Source: Candidatus Bathyarchaeota archaeon
Lineage (GTDB): Archaea > Thermoproteota > Bathyarchaeia > Bathyarchaeales > Bathycorpusculaceae
Direction of reading: 5' to 3'
Assembly (NCBI GenBank): GCA_963768425.1
Contig: CAVYHV010000023.1
Span: forward strand, 1-64,000
DNA: 64,000 nucleotides
How positions within the stretch are numbered: the stretch's first letter is position 1; each line of letters starts with the position of its first letter. Position numbers and translations under genes: made by a program. The notes beneath the pieces are model-generated. The model made no database searches and was not told where the DNA came from. It saw nothing but the letters and a program-made list of their open reading frames with translations. Below, piece after piece: positions 49,583 through 59,398 of the stretch.

Positions 49583-50197
49583 TCAAGCTTTAGCTTCAAT
49601 AAGAACAAGAGTCTCAAAGAAGGGGAGGCTTTGTTCCGCCTTTACGCTTGCTGCCAAATGGTTCTCGCTAAATTTAAAAATTGTCTCTTCCACGTTTGCA
49701 AGCGTCGATTGCACCATAAGAACGCGACCATCGGCTTTAAGGTGCGGAACAACTTGCGAAATAAAACGGTCGATAACTTGCCGCCCGTTAACTCCGCCAG
49801 CCCATGAGCGCCCAATCCAAGTCTGGGTTTCACAGTTATCTGCTGGAAGGTAGGGTGCGTTGAAGAGAATCAAATCAAATCTCGCATCAATGTTAAAGGC
49901 AGTAAAGAGGTCAGCTTGCAGAAAAACTATCTTGCTCTCTGCATTATTAAACGCTGAGTTTTCTTTTGCACAGCGGAGGGCATAAGGGTTTAGGTCAATG
50001 GCAAACACCTCTTTCGCTTTTTCAGCCGCCAATATTCCAAGGATGCCACAGCCGGTTCCAAGATCTAGAACTTGTGCGCCCTCCTTAACTTCGAGGTTTT
50101 CAGCAAAAAGAAAAGAGTCCTCAGCAGGCTCGTAAACATCTTCCGGGACGTCAAAGACATGGTTTCTGAAATGGATTCTATTGACGCGCGACTGCAT
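49583..50197 (-). CDS. HemK2/Mtq2 release-factor glutamine methyltransferase
   Basis: VYEPAEDSFL, LDLGTGCG, FNAPYLP, GG..GR..IDRF. Confidence 0.92.
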   Translation of the reverse strand: MQSRVNRIHFRNHVFDVPEDVYEPAEDSFLFAENLEVKEGAQVLDLGTGCGILGILAAEKAKEVFAIDLNPYALRCAKENSAFNNAESKIVFLQADLFTAFNIDARFDLILFNAPYLPADNCETQTWIGRSWAGGVNGRQVIDRFISQVVPHLKADGRVLMVQSTLANVEETIFKFSENHLAASVKAEQSLPFFETLVLIEAKA

Positions 50198-50999
50198 TCG
50201 CTATTTCTCCAAATTGTTCAGGCGTCAGCTCTCTTGGCCGCTTATCTCCAAACGGCAATGTCCTAGCTTTCTTTTCCGCGTCTTCTTTGCTTGAGTGCAA
50301 GTTGGTTCTCAAAAACGGTGCAAGCGCTTTGCTTAGCTTCTTGTTACGTTGAGTAAACAGCCATTTTGTAAGTTGCTTGAAAAACGCATCGTCCCTCACT
50401 TCGAACTGCTTCTTACACCTAGGTGTCAAACGAAGGATTACTGAATCAACTTTCGGCGCTGGGAAAAACATTTCCTTAGGAACCTCATCAAGAAGTTGAG
50501 CCTCCGCGCGCAAGTACGTTTGGACGGTTAACCATCCATATTGGTCGCTTCCGATAGCAGCGTTAAGTTTTTCAGCGAATTCTTTCTGAACTATAATGAC
50601 AGCGCAATTCATTTTGCGTTCAAGAAGCCACTCTACAAGATGGGTAGAAATTTGATAAGGCGGGATCGCTATCACCTTATTGAATTCAGGCAACACAACC
50701 TTCAGCACGTCTCCTTCTATTACCGTCACATTGCCGAATCCTTTGAGATGTTCCCGAAGCGCCGAAGCAATTTTGGGGTCTTTTTCTACGGCAATTACAG
50801 CCTTGCACTTATCGGCTAAGAAGCTGCTCAGGAATCCGAACCCCGCGCCAGCATCTAACACCACATCACAAACATCAAGCGAGGAATAGATGCAGAGCTT
50901 GCTGTAGATTAATGGTTCAGCCGTGAAGTTTTGTCCCAGAAGTTTGTTCGGGGTGATTCGGTAAGTTCGAAGCAGACGCTTCGTTTCTTCAATGCTCAT
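50178..50999 (-). CDS. ksgA: 16S rRNA m6,2A dimethyltransferase
   Basis: LGQNF, GAG.G.L, EKD, PYQIS, QKEFA, F.P.PKVDS, F.QRNK. Confidence 0.93.
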   Translation of the reverse strand: MSIEETKRLLRTYRITPNKLLGQNFTAEPLIYSKLCIYSSLDVCDVVLDAGAGFGFLSSFLADKCKAVIAVEKDPKIASALREHLKGFGNVTVIEGDVLKVVLPEFNKVIAIPPYQISTHLVEWLLERKMNCAVIIVQKEFAEKLNAAIGSDQYGWLTVQTYLRAEAQLLDEVPKEMFFPAPKVDSVILRLTPRCKKQFEVRDDAFFKQLTKWLFTQRNKKLSKALAPFLRTNLHSSKEDAEKKARTLPFGDKRPRELTPEQFGEIANAVARQ

Positions 51000-51008
51000 C
51001 GCAATGCC

Positions 51009-51575
51009 TTACTGCGCCCGTGTGAACAATCGGTACTTGCTGTCACCTTCAAGTTCTTCCATGACCCGCTTCGTTATCAATTTGACAGGGTTTGGCAATT
51101 CAGTTCTCTTCTGCAGGTCTTCAAAACTTTCGAATGGCTTGCGTGTCCGTTCGTTAATGACTTGCCACATGTATTTCTTGCCGATACCAGGCACCAGCTC
51201 TAAAGCATGCATGCGAGGGGTAACTGCACGTGCGGTGTTGAAAAAGTTAACAAACCACTTCTCTCTATTCAGCACGATGCGGTTAATCACGCTTGGAAGT
51301 TCCGCTTTAGCCGAAGCAGTCAATTCCTCATAACTGACACGACCTATAATGTACGTAACTTCTGATCGAGAGTCCTTCCCCACATAAACTCGGTCACCTG
51401 GCTTAAGCACTAAACCTTCTTTTACCAAAGCCTCCAAAAGCGTGAAAAACTCTTCGCCAACTGACTGAATTAAAGCTCCCGCCCTATAACCCGCCCGCCC
51501 AGTCGGACGAAACCCAGGTTTACCATGGGGCAAGAAATCTAGTACGTAAGCGTACTCTTCATACCGCTTTTCCAT
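51009..51575 (-). CDS. DUF655 family putative RNA-binding protein
   Basis: EEYAYVLDFLP.G, GE..FTLLE, RMH.LEL.PGIGKK, F.SF.D. Confidence 0.92.
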   Translation of the reverse strand: MEKRYEEYAYVLDFLPHGKPGFRPTGRAGYRAGALIQSVGEEFFTLLEALVKEGLVLKPGDRVYVGKDSRSEVTYIIGRVSYEELTASAKAELPSVINRIVLNREKWFVNFFNTARAVTPRMHALELVPGIGKKYMWQVINERTRKPFESFEDLQKRTELPNPVKLITKRVMEELEGDSKYRLFTRAQ

Positions 51576-51636
51576 TAGTAGTCACTAAGACTTAGGTAAT
51601 TGTGCTTACTGCTTAAAAATACTTAGTCGCTTAGGG

Positions 51637-51975
51637 CTACTTTAAAGTCCTATTCTCATTCAACAAGCTAACGATTGCCTTTAATTTTGTGGTCTCAATA
51701 ATCTTGCGACCGCCAGCTAGGAACACACGCAGCTCATCAACTGTTTCGGGCATGCAATTTATGATCTGTATCGCTTCAGCCTCGTCAATTTCGTATTCCT
51801 TGACAAGAATCTGCAAAAGCTCTTCCGCCTTCTCTGGGTCAGCTTTGGAAAACTTGTTCACGTAATCCAGCGTTCGCCGTTGAAATTGGTCCAAGTTTTC
51901 TTCGCCTATGGTCTCTAAAAGTTTCTTAACCTGGGGCAACGTTAAGCGGCTTTCGGCTACTTCTCTTTTGCTCAT
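51637..51975 (-). CDS. rpoF: RNA polymerase subunit Rpo4 (F)
   Basis: LDY..KFSK, A.QI.N.MP.T.DELR; rpl21e-rpoF-DUF655-ksgA synteny. Confidence 0.92.
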   Translation of the reverse strand: MSKREVAESRLTLPQVKKLLETIGEENLDQFQRRTLDYVNKFSKADPEKAEELLQILVKEYEIDEAEAIQIINCMPETVDELRVFLAGGRKIIETTKLKAIVSLLNENRTLK

Positions 51976-52277
51976 ACTGTTCCACTGCCCATGTATGGCT
52001 CTAAATGTTCACTGCGAACGATGATTTCTTTTATGCTGTTGCCTTGTGGTACAACAACCACGTACCCGCGACCGCGCTTCTCCTTAACAGTACCGATCTT
52101 GCCGTGAAAACGTTTATGCGGCATACTCTTCTGCGTGCTTGAATCCATCTTTATTATCACCTGGGACCCAGCCGGGTAGGCTTGGAGTATCTTTCTGATT
52201 TTAGGTTTACCTCTTTCTCTAATTGGCTTTTTCAACAGGCTGCGAGTACCAGCGTAATATCCTTTTGAACCTCTCAT
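51972..52277 (-). CDS. rpl21e: 50S ribosomal protein L21e
   Basis: SKGY..GTR..L.K..RERG, MPHKRFHGK.G, EHL. Confidence 0.95.
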   Translation of the reverse strand: MRGSKGYYAGTRSLLKKPIRERGKPKIRKILQAYPAGSQVIIKMDSSTQKSMPHKRFHGKIGTVKEKRGRGYVVVVPQGNSIKEIIVRSEHLEPYMGSGTV

Positions 52278-52292
52278 CTAAATTTCACCTTG

Positions 52293-53624
52293 TTATTCCA
52301 TCATGACTTTTAAAACGTCAAGCTTAAGTGTCTTAGCTTTGTTTCCAAGCAGATCTGAAACGTTCGGGTTTGTCCTTCCTTCATCTCCAGACACCAATTC
52401 TTTGACGTAGAGACCCCCTTGGCAATGAATTTCCAACAGAGCCCTCTTAAGCGACACCTTCTTAACTTTAAGCTTATATATGTACCTTTCTCGGATCAAA
52501 TCCGCCCTTCTATGCACAACCCGGAGAGGCGTCTGCTGCTTGATTAAAGCGCCGCTGAGCTTCTCTTCCAACACACGCATGTCCTCATCAGATATCTCTT
52601 TTTCAAATTCAGCCAGCAGCCGATATTTTTTCTGTGAACCTTCGCCTTTTTTGAGGCGTCGAACCACGTCTTTGGTTGCAAAACGTAACCGTGAAACCTG
52701 AACCTTTCCTGAAGCACCCACGTTGATTTTGGCTTCAATTTCTTTCAAATCAAAAAACCGTTTCCTTGGCTTGGAAATCTCGATGACGAATGGACGCCCG
52801 TTTCCAAGCATCCTTGCATCAATGTCTTCTCGACCAGAGGCATGAAACGCTGTTTTTTCGCCCTCTGCTATTTCCAGCAGAGGCTGGGAAGATAATTCCT
52901 CAACAGACTCGGGGTACAGTTTGCCTGTCCCTCCGCATTTATCACATCCCTTTCCTCTGCAGTTTGAGCAAAACCATTTCGACTGCGGAATGTCCCTTAC
53001 GAGTTTGCGGTATCTGCCAGCAACGAAAAGAGGGTTGACCTGAAGGCTGACCTTACCGAGAAAAGGGTTGATCACTGCCACCAAATCCGGTTTCAAATAA
53101 TCTGCTTCTTTGCCCGTGAATGCACCTATGGCCTTGCCGAATAATCGTCCAAACTCATGCTTGATGCTTTCACTGTATCCAAGGTTGAAGGAAGCCTTAA
53201 ACTCATCTTCTCTCTCCTCAACCTTAACTGGCAATTCGATTCCCACAAGGTATGTAGTGTACTCGTAGTCTTTCATGACTGCTACAGATTTTTCTGTTAA
53301 AGTGTCAACAAGCTCGAATTTGCCTTCACAGAGAAAACATTCTGTTTCCGCGGAAACCTTAGAAACACGTTTTTTTAGATGTTTGATGGTTTCTATGGCT
53401 TCCCTCGAAAAGCCGTTGGCTGCCAAAAGCTTAAGCTGCCGAACCCCATCAATGTTTCCTTCTTTAGCAAGATTCGTGGCTTGTAGGGTTAAGGTGACTT
53501 TTATAGCTGAACCCCGAACGTTGTTTTCCATGCTGTAGCCTAGCAGTGCGAATTGCCTGCCGAGACAGTGGTCGCAAAGGGGGTATTTGCTGAGAAGTTC
53601 AAGCGCTTTTTCCAAAACGTCCAT
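52293..53624 (-). CDS. pus10: tRNA pseudouridine 54/55 synthase
   Basis: LCDHCLGR, GRYRK..R.IPQ..W, GREDIDARMLG.GRPF, QQTP.RV.HRR, GGLYVKEL. Confidence 0.95.
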   Translation of the reverse strand: MDVLEKALELLSKYPLCDHCLGRQFALLGYSMENNVRGSAIKVTLTLQATNLAKEGNIDGVRQLKLLAANGFSREAIETIKHLKKRVSKVSAETECFLCEGKFELVDTLTEKSVAVMKDYEYTTYLVGIELPVKVEEREDEFKASFNLGYSESIKHEFGRLFGKAIGAFTGKEADYLKPDLVAVINPFLGKVSLQVNPLFVAGRYRKLVRDIPQSKWFCSNCRGKGCDKCGGTGKLYPESVEELSSQPLLEIAEGEKTAFHASGREDIDARMLGNGRPFVIEISKPRKRFFDLKEIEAKINVGASGKVQVSRLRFATKDVVRRLKKGEGSQKKYRLLAEFEKEISDEDMRVLEEKLSGALIKQQTPLRVVHRRADLIRERYIYKLKVKKVSLKRALLEIHCQGGLYVKELVSGDEGRTNPNVSDLLGNKAKTLKLDVLKVMME

Positions 53625-53629
53625 GTCGC

Positions 53630-54982
53630 TTAGCCTACTGGAAAGTTAGCTGGCATTCCACCTTTTCCGCCTAATCCGAAGGGCAGCTTCTTTTTGCGCT
53701 TCATCATTTTCAGCATTTTGCGCATCATGACGTATTGCTTGAGCAATTCTTTAACCTCTTTTTCGGTTGTTCCTGAACCGCGGGCTACGCGTTTTGCCCT
53801 TGAGGAGTTAAGCAGTTTTGGGTTTTCTCGCTCTTCGGGTGTCATGGATTGAATTATCACGCCCCACTTGTCAAGGCGACCTTCAGCAGTGTTAAGCATT
53901 TCTTGCGGCACGTTAGCAGAGGACATGCCTGGCAGCATCTTGAGAACCTTGCTGAAAGGACCCATTTTTTTGACAGCTTGGAACTGCTCGTACATGTCAG
54001 TTAGGGTGAATTTGCCGCTGAGGATTTCTTTAGCTTTCTTCTCAGGCACTTTGATTTCGGCGTCATGAACCTTCTCCAAAAGAGTTTCTAGGTCGCCCAT
54101 GCCGAGGAGTCTGCCGACGAACCGGGAAGGAATAAACGGTTCGATGTCTTCGATTTTTTCACCTGTGCCGATGAACTTTATTGGTGCGCCAGTCGCTGCA
54201 ACCGCTGACAATGCGCCACCGCCTCGTGAGGACCCATCAAGCTTTGTTACGATGATGGCCCCGATAGGTGTTGCTTCATGGAATGTCTTTGCTTGAATGA
54301 GTGCTTGCTGACCTATTGTTCCGTCGATAACCATTATAACTTCGTCAGGCTTGATGTTTTTCTCAAGATCTTTCATTTCCTTGATTAGGTCTTTTTCTTC
54401 CTTGTGCCTGCCCGCTGTATCAACGATTAAGAGGTCTTTGCCCTGAAACTGCTTTAACCCTTCCCGAACAACCTTCACCGGATCTTTACATTTGACGTCT
54501 CCGTAAATGGGAATATTTATTCTGTTTGCAAGCTGCTGAAGCTGGGCAAAAGCGCCGGGACGATAAGTGTCGGCGCAGATCAATGCAACCTTCAAACCCC
54601 TCTTTTGATAATACCTTGCGAGCTTGGATGCCTGAGTGGTTTTGCCCGAACCTTGGATGCCGACAAGCATGATGATTTTTCTTTTTCCGGGCTCCATTTT
54701 AATTGGGACGGGTTTGTCGCCGACGAACCGGGTGAGTTCTTCATACACAACTTTGATGACATGTTCGCGTCTTGAGATGCCGGGTGGAACCTTCTCTTTC
54801 AAAGCACGCTCTTCAATACGTTTAGAGATGTCTAGGACAAGTTGAACGTTGACGTCTGCTTGCAATAGCGCCCGCTGTATATCGCGAACAAGTTCCTTCA
54901 CTGTGGCTTCGTCTATAACGCCTGCCTTAAACAGTTTCTTTATAGCGTCTGTTAATGAAGAACTTAACTTGTCTAGCGCCAT
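53630..54982 (-). CDS. srp54: Signal recognition particle protein Srp54
   Basis: GIQGSGKTT, DTAGR, TKLDG, GRLLGMGD, SMT..E M-domain. Confidence 0.97.
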   Translation of the reverse strand: MALDKLSSSLTDAIKKLFKAGVIDEATVKELVRDIQRALLQADVNVQLVLDISKRIEERALKEKVPPGISRREHVIKVVYEELTRFVGDKPVPIKMEPGKRKIIMLVGIQGSGKTTQASKLARYYQKRGLKVALICADTYRPGAFAQLQQLANRINIPIYGDVKCKDPVKVVREGLKQFQGKDLLIVDTAGRHKEEKDLIKEMKDLEKNIKPDEVIMVIDGTIGQQALIQAKTFHEATPIGAIIVTKLDGSSRGGGALSAVAATGAPIKFIGTGEKIEDIEPFIPSRFVGRLLGMGDLETLLEKVHDAEIKVPEKKAKEILSGKFTLTDMYEQFQAVKKMGPFSKVLKMLPGMSSANVPQEMLNTAEGRLDKWGVIIQSMTPEERENPKLLNSSRAKRVARGSGTTEKEVKELLKQYVMMRKMLKMMKRKKKLPFGLGGKGGMPANFPVG

Positions 54983-55314
54983 CAGAGTCTCCAGCCTAAA
55001 CAGTCAGCTTACTTTAAGATAAATATTACAGGTAAAAAACAGAAAACAACCTAAAATATTGCCTCCAATAGTTATGTGCTGTATCAGATTCATAACCGCT
55101 CGATTCTGGATATTGGACATCAAGCGATATGGTTTGTGATGAAAAATCAGTCAAGATTACCGACTATGTAAGGGTTTTATAGTAAACAGTACAATTGACT
55201 TTTGGGGGAGCAAGTGCTCTTTAAAAGAGGAAACGATGGCTTTAATTGCGCTTTGAGCTTCATCGGCACAATATCGCGGGGAATGTCGACCGTGAAAATG
55301 AGTGGGAATTAAGC

Positions 55315-55551
55315 ATGAAAATTGGAGTCGCCTTGAGAATCTTGTTCCACTGCATCGGGCTCTCATGTTTAGCAGGCGCAGTTTTCCTCGGGCTGCTTGT
55401 CTTTTACTCAGTAGACATCACAGGAGTCTTTTACGGAATAGAGGTTAACCACGTGACATCTTCAATTGAGTTTTTCTTCATGTTTTTTGCAGCAACGTAT
55501 TTGATGTATTTGACAGGACACGCAATTATGAGCTGCGTTAAAAGTGTTTAA
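55315..55551 (+). CDS. Small two-TM membrane protein
   Basis: MKIGVALRI.. two hydrophobic helices. Confidence 0.55.
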   Translation: MKIGVALRILFHCIGLSCLAGAVFLGLLVFYSVDITGVFYGIEVNHVTSSIEFFFMFFAATYLMYLTGHAIMSCVKSV

Positions 55552-55640
55552 AATCCTAAAGAGAAGTTCACGTGGTCATGGTCCCATTTTTGATTTGGCT
55601 TCGTACAAAGTATGTTTAACACTATATCATTTGAGAAAAA

Positions 55641-56120
55641 TTATGGAGGAGCCAATTTTAGTGTGCTGCACCAATCGGCTATTTTCTTTTCTGTTTCTTC
55701 CTTATTTTCCAAGGCTTTCTTCAAGGCTAATTCGCCAACGATCTGTGCGTTTGGCATCAGCGCTTTGGTTTTTTCGATTGCTTGACGCAGATTATTATCT
55801 AGCGTAAAGAACAAAGCCACTTTTTTTCCTGATAGGTCATTTTTGGACAAGTAAGTTTTTATTGCCGCAGAGGGATTCCAAGCCCAAACAGGAGTTCCAA
55901 TGACGATAAAGTCGTAGTCTTTTGGATTCTTTGTCGTTGGAGCTATCTCTGTTTGTTTTCCGCCTGATGCGTCTCGGCCTGCCGACATCCAGCCTAATTT
56001 GCCTTCACGTTTCTTTAGGTCTACTACTTCTTCAATGTCCGATCCTAACTCTGCCGCAACGGTCTCAGCTACGAACTTGGCGTTTCCAGTTCTTGAATAG
56101 TAAACTACTAGACTTTTCAC
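55641..56120 (-). CDS. Flavodoxin family protein
   Basis: VYYSRTGN, YD.IVIGTPVW, GKKVALF.T. Confidence 0.92.
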   Translation of the reverse strand: MKSLVVYYSRTGNAKFVAETVAAELGSDIEEVVDLKKREGKLGWMSAGRDASGGKQTEIAPTTKNPKDYDFIVIGTPVWAWNPSAAIKTYLSKNDLSGKKVALFFTLDNNLRQAIEKTKALMPNAQIVGELALKKALENKEETEKKIADWCSTLKLAPP

Positions 56121-56563
56121 CCGTTATTCCTATGTTTTGTTGTTGTTTTTGAATAAAAGACTTGCGATGTCGATTATTTACGCGTTTTTGGTCCCTTAAA
56201 GATTTGACCTTTCAAGAAAACTTTTATTGGGCCGTTTTTTTGAAGGCTTATAATCTATGTGTTGCTTTTTTGTGCACAGCTCGTCAGTAAATGGGCAGCT
56301 AGAAAATATCTTAGATAATCGTTCAGCGCGTTATTCTCGACCAGCTCAAAATCCAACTTTGCCTTCATTAGAAATGCGGGAATTTCACTGGTAGTTTTTT
56401 GGGTTTCATTTAAGTTTTACTCCCGTTTTAGGAATTGGAAATGTTATTCCAGATAAAGAAAGATCACTGATAAGTTAATTTTCATGAAGCAAGAATACAG
56501 ATAAGGGCACACAAAAGGAATGCAAATAGAAAAAGAATGGTTGAGTCAACGAAAATGACTCAA

Positions 56564-56785
56564 TTACGGCTTCTTGTAGAAAAGCCTTAAGCCGCCAACG
56601 AGCAGCAACACGACACCAATCACAATTGCGACAGTGCCAAGACCCGAGCCTCGAAATGGCATGTGTTTGATTGCTACAATGGCTACTCCAATGATTAGCA
56701 CGAGTATTCCAATTATTGCCAGAACGATGCCATGCATGCTGCTGTTGCTAGATTTTTTAACCTCTGTTTTCGCTCCTTCTCCCAT
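56564..56785 (-). CDS. Small two-TM membrane protein
   Basis: Two Gly-rich hydrophobic helices; GAGG SD and TATA (TTATATA) upstream. Confidence 0.7.
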   Translation of the reverse strand: MGEGAKTEVKKSSNSSMHGIVLAIIGILVLIIGVAIVAIKHMPFRGSGLGTVAIVIGVVLLLVGGLRLFYKKP

Positions 56786-56924
56786 TTTAAAACCTCTTTA
56801 GTCCATTTCGTTTCTTTTCATATATAAGCTTTTAACGAAAAAATGAATCATGCCAAAAGGAGCAAGCGGAAGTCTTAAATGAAAACCAAACAATACCCTC
56901 TCGAAGAAAGGAGAAATTCACCGA

Positions 56925-58856
56925 ATGAAAGCCAAAGTTTCCAGGCTCTTAATTTTAGTGTTCACAGTGATTTTTGCTTGCTCATTAGCCAACTCGGTTC
57001 ACGCCATTGGAGTAACCTCCACAATAAAGGTAGGTGGTGCTCCCTGGGGCGTTGCCTACGATTCAGCAAAAAACGAGATATTCGTTGTAGACTCTGCAGG
57101 TGGCACTGTTTCGGTGCTATCGGACAGCAACTATGCCTCACTTGCAAAAATAACTGTCGGAACAGCACCTTACAGAGACATTTATGACCCAAATAAAGGC
57201 GAGATCTTCGTCGCCAACTACGGCTCCAACTCCGTCTCAGTTATATCAGACAGCACAAACAAGGTTGTTGCAACAGTGACTGTAGGAACTTCCCCCTCAT
57301 CTTTCGCCTACGATTCAGGAAAAGGCGAGATTTTCGTAGCGAATTCCGGAGGCGGCACGGGTAGCACGGTCTCAGTTATATCAGACAGCACAAACAAGGT
57401 TGTTGCAACAGTGACTGTAGGAACAGGTCCATATGATTTAGGCTACGATTTGGCAAAAGGTGAAGTATATGTAGCTAATGCCTACTCTCGGTCTGTCTCA
57501 GTTATTTCAGATAACACTAATCAAGTGGTTGCGACAGTCTCTGTCGGAAGCGGTCCCTTGGGCGTCGCTTATGATCCAGTTAAAAGCGAAGTATTCGTCG
57601 CCAATTCAGTCTCAGGCACAGAGTCAGTCATATCGGACAGCTCAAATGCAGTCGTTGCCACAGTTACCGTTGGATCTAACCCTGCGCCCTCAATTTATGA
57701 TTCGGGCAAAGGCGAAATATTCGTGCTTAACAGAAGCTCAGCCTCAGTCTCAGTCATCTCAGACAGCACAAACACCGTAATTGCAACTGTTCCCGTAGGC
57801 ACCAGTCCGTATGGTGCTGATTACGATTCTGGCAAAAGCGAGGTTTTCGTAGCGAACGAAGGCTCCGGCACTGTCTCCGTTATCTCGGATGCCGCTGGAA
57901 CATCTGCTTCGCAAACTCCAGCTACCTCAACCTCACCAACCTCATCTTCATCCACATCATCAAGTCCAACATCTTCAAAATCGCCAAGCCCGACCGTAAC
58001 CTCAACTGCAAGCCCAACTCAGACAACGTCACCCTCTTCATCGACGAGCCTTGTGCAACAGATTTGGGTTCCTAAACCTGCTAACACAGTGGCCGCAGTC
58101 GGCGTATCCGCGGTGGTAGTAAGTGCAGTTTCGCTGCTTTTTGCGGCAATAAGTAACCCTCTAGGCAGCGTTAATGGAAAAGCGGGCGAAAAAACAAAAG
58201 GCATGATCCCTGACAACATAAAACAGTGGCTTGAAGAAGTAGTCGCCTCTCGACGCAAGATCGAAGCGATGGAGAAAAAAGGTTCTCTTTTCAAACCCAC
58301 AAAAACTGAAGTCTTAGCTTATGCAGTTGCAATAATCGTACTAGGTATTTCCTTCTCATACGTCAAAATCATAACTCTCAGCCAGATCTGGGTTTTACTT
58401 CCGGTCTTTTTTGCCACAAGCGTTATTGTAGGCTTTGTCCAAAAGTTCTTTTCCATAGCGTACCTGCGAAGCAAAGGCGTATGGAGTGAACATTCTATTT
58501 GGCCTTTAGGTCTTGTTCTCTTTCTTTTCACAACCTTCGCTTTCAAGGTTCCTTTCTCTTCTCCAACGCGAAGCGTTCAATCGAAAAAATTCACTGAACA
58601 TTTAGGCGCCATAACAGCAGCATCTGAAATCCTCATCAGCTTGGCCTTTGCAGGGCTATTCTTTGTGCTGCTAAAAGGCGGTTACGCGGCTATTGGAGAT
58701 GCAGGCTTGTCAATGTGTGTAATCGGCTCATTCTTCGGCACATTCCCTGTGGCTCCAATGAGCGGAAAAGACATCTTCAACCACAGCAAACGCCTTTGGG
58801 CAGGACTCTTCATCACATCGCTAGTTATCTTTGTGGGCTGGCTTCTTATGATATAG
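56925..58856 (+). CDS. YVTN/YncE beta-propeller surface protein with Ser/Thr linker and C-terminal multi-TM (M50/S2P-like, degenerate) domain
   Basis: Signal peptide; about 7 repeats of VG..P.G.AYD..K.EIFVAN..S.TVSVISD; S/T/P linker; about 7 TM segments. Confidence 0.88.
   Translation: MKAKVSRLLILVFTVIFACSLANSVHAIGVTSTIKVGGAPWGVAYDSAKNEIFVVDSAGGTVSVLSDSNYASLAKITVGTAPYRDIYDPNKGEIFVANYGSNSVSVISDSTNKVVATVTVGTSPSSFAYDSGKGEIFVANSGGGTGSTVSVISDSTNKVVATVTVGTGPYDLGYDLAKGEVYVANAYSRSVSVISDNTNQVVATVSVGSGPLGVAYDPVKSEVFVANSVSGTESVISDSSNAVVATVTVGSNPAPSIYDSGKGEIFVLNRSSASVSVISDSTNTVIATVPVGTSPYGADYDSGKSEVFVANEGSGTVSVISDAAGTSASQTPATSTSPTSSSSTSSSPTSSKSPSPTVTSTASPTQTTSPSSSTSLVQQIWVPKPANTVAAVGVSAVVVSAVSLLFAAISNPLGSVNGKAGEKTKGMIPDNIKQWLEEVVASRRKIEAMEKKGSLFKPTKTEVLAYAVAIIVLGISFSYVKIITLSQIWVLLPVFFATSVIVGFVQKFFSIAYLRSKGVWSEHSIWPLGLVLFLFTTFAFKVPFSSPTRSVQSKKFTEHLGAITAASEILISLAFAGLFFVLLKGGYAAIGDAGLSMCVIGSFFGTFPVAPMSGKDIFNHSKRLWAGLFITSLVIFVGWLLMI
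57234..57424 (+). repeat. Exact 56-bp direct repeat within the propeller gene (57234-57289 and 57369-57424)
   Basis: GTCTCAGTTATATCAGACAGCACAAACAAGGTTGTTGCAACAGTGACTGTAGGAAC occurs twice. Confidence 0.9.
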
Positions 58857-58929
58857 GAACCCTGCTACAGTGCCTTTTCATACATGCAAATGAAAAAAGG
58901 GAAAGTTGCTGAGAAAGCCATAAGTTTGT

Positions 58930-59118
58930 TTAAAGCTTCTTTTTTACCTTTCCAGCGACTTTTTCTGTTTCCGCAGCTACTTTTCCGCCAACTTTTTTTG
59001 CGTCCTTACCAGCTACCTTGGCTTCTTCAACAGCTTTTACGCCAATTTTCTTTGCGTCTGCGGCAACTTTTTTTGCATCTTCTTCAGTCTTCTTTTTCAC
59101 GCTACCTAATGATGGCAA
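58930..59118 (-). CDS. Lys/Ala-rich 62-aa repeat protein (LEA/hydrophilin-like)
   Basis: Three DAKK(V/I) repeats; GGTGA SD before TTG; TTTAAA TATA upstream. Confidence 0.75.
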   Translation of the reverse strand: MPSLGSVKKKTEEDAKKVAADAKKIGVKAVEEAKVAGKDAKKVGGKVAAETEKVAGKVKKKL

Positions 59119-59398
59119 CTTATTTTCACCATTTTATTCTTGCGGGTTCCACGTTTAAAAAACCTTGCATCCTATCAGTCGTATGCAATGCAAACTACCA
59201 GCCGATTTGTTGTTGAACTAATTTTTGACTAGTAATAGGCCATGATAAGATTTTATGAAATGTGCGTTAAAAGTTTTCTTCTTTCGAAAAGCAAAGAAAC
59301 AACTTTCAGAGTACGTTTGCCTCCCACCCAAAAACATAAACACTAAACGGTCACATAAATAAGAACTAAATAATAAGATAGGAAAGGAACCGCATCAA

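Noticed and set aside
55085-55170. Imperfect hairpin and GTGATGA box upstream of srp54 as SRP RNA or C/D sRNA
   Set aside because: Too short and AT-rich for SRP RNA; no properly placed CTGA D box
56200-56415. Possible decayed small gene on the minus strand (..SCPFTDELCTKK..)
   Set aside because: Needs several frameshifts and matches no family I recognise
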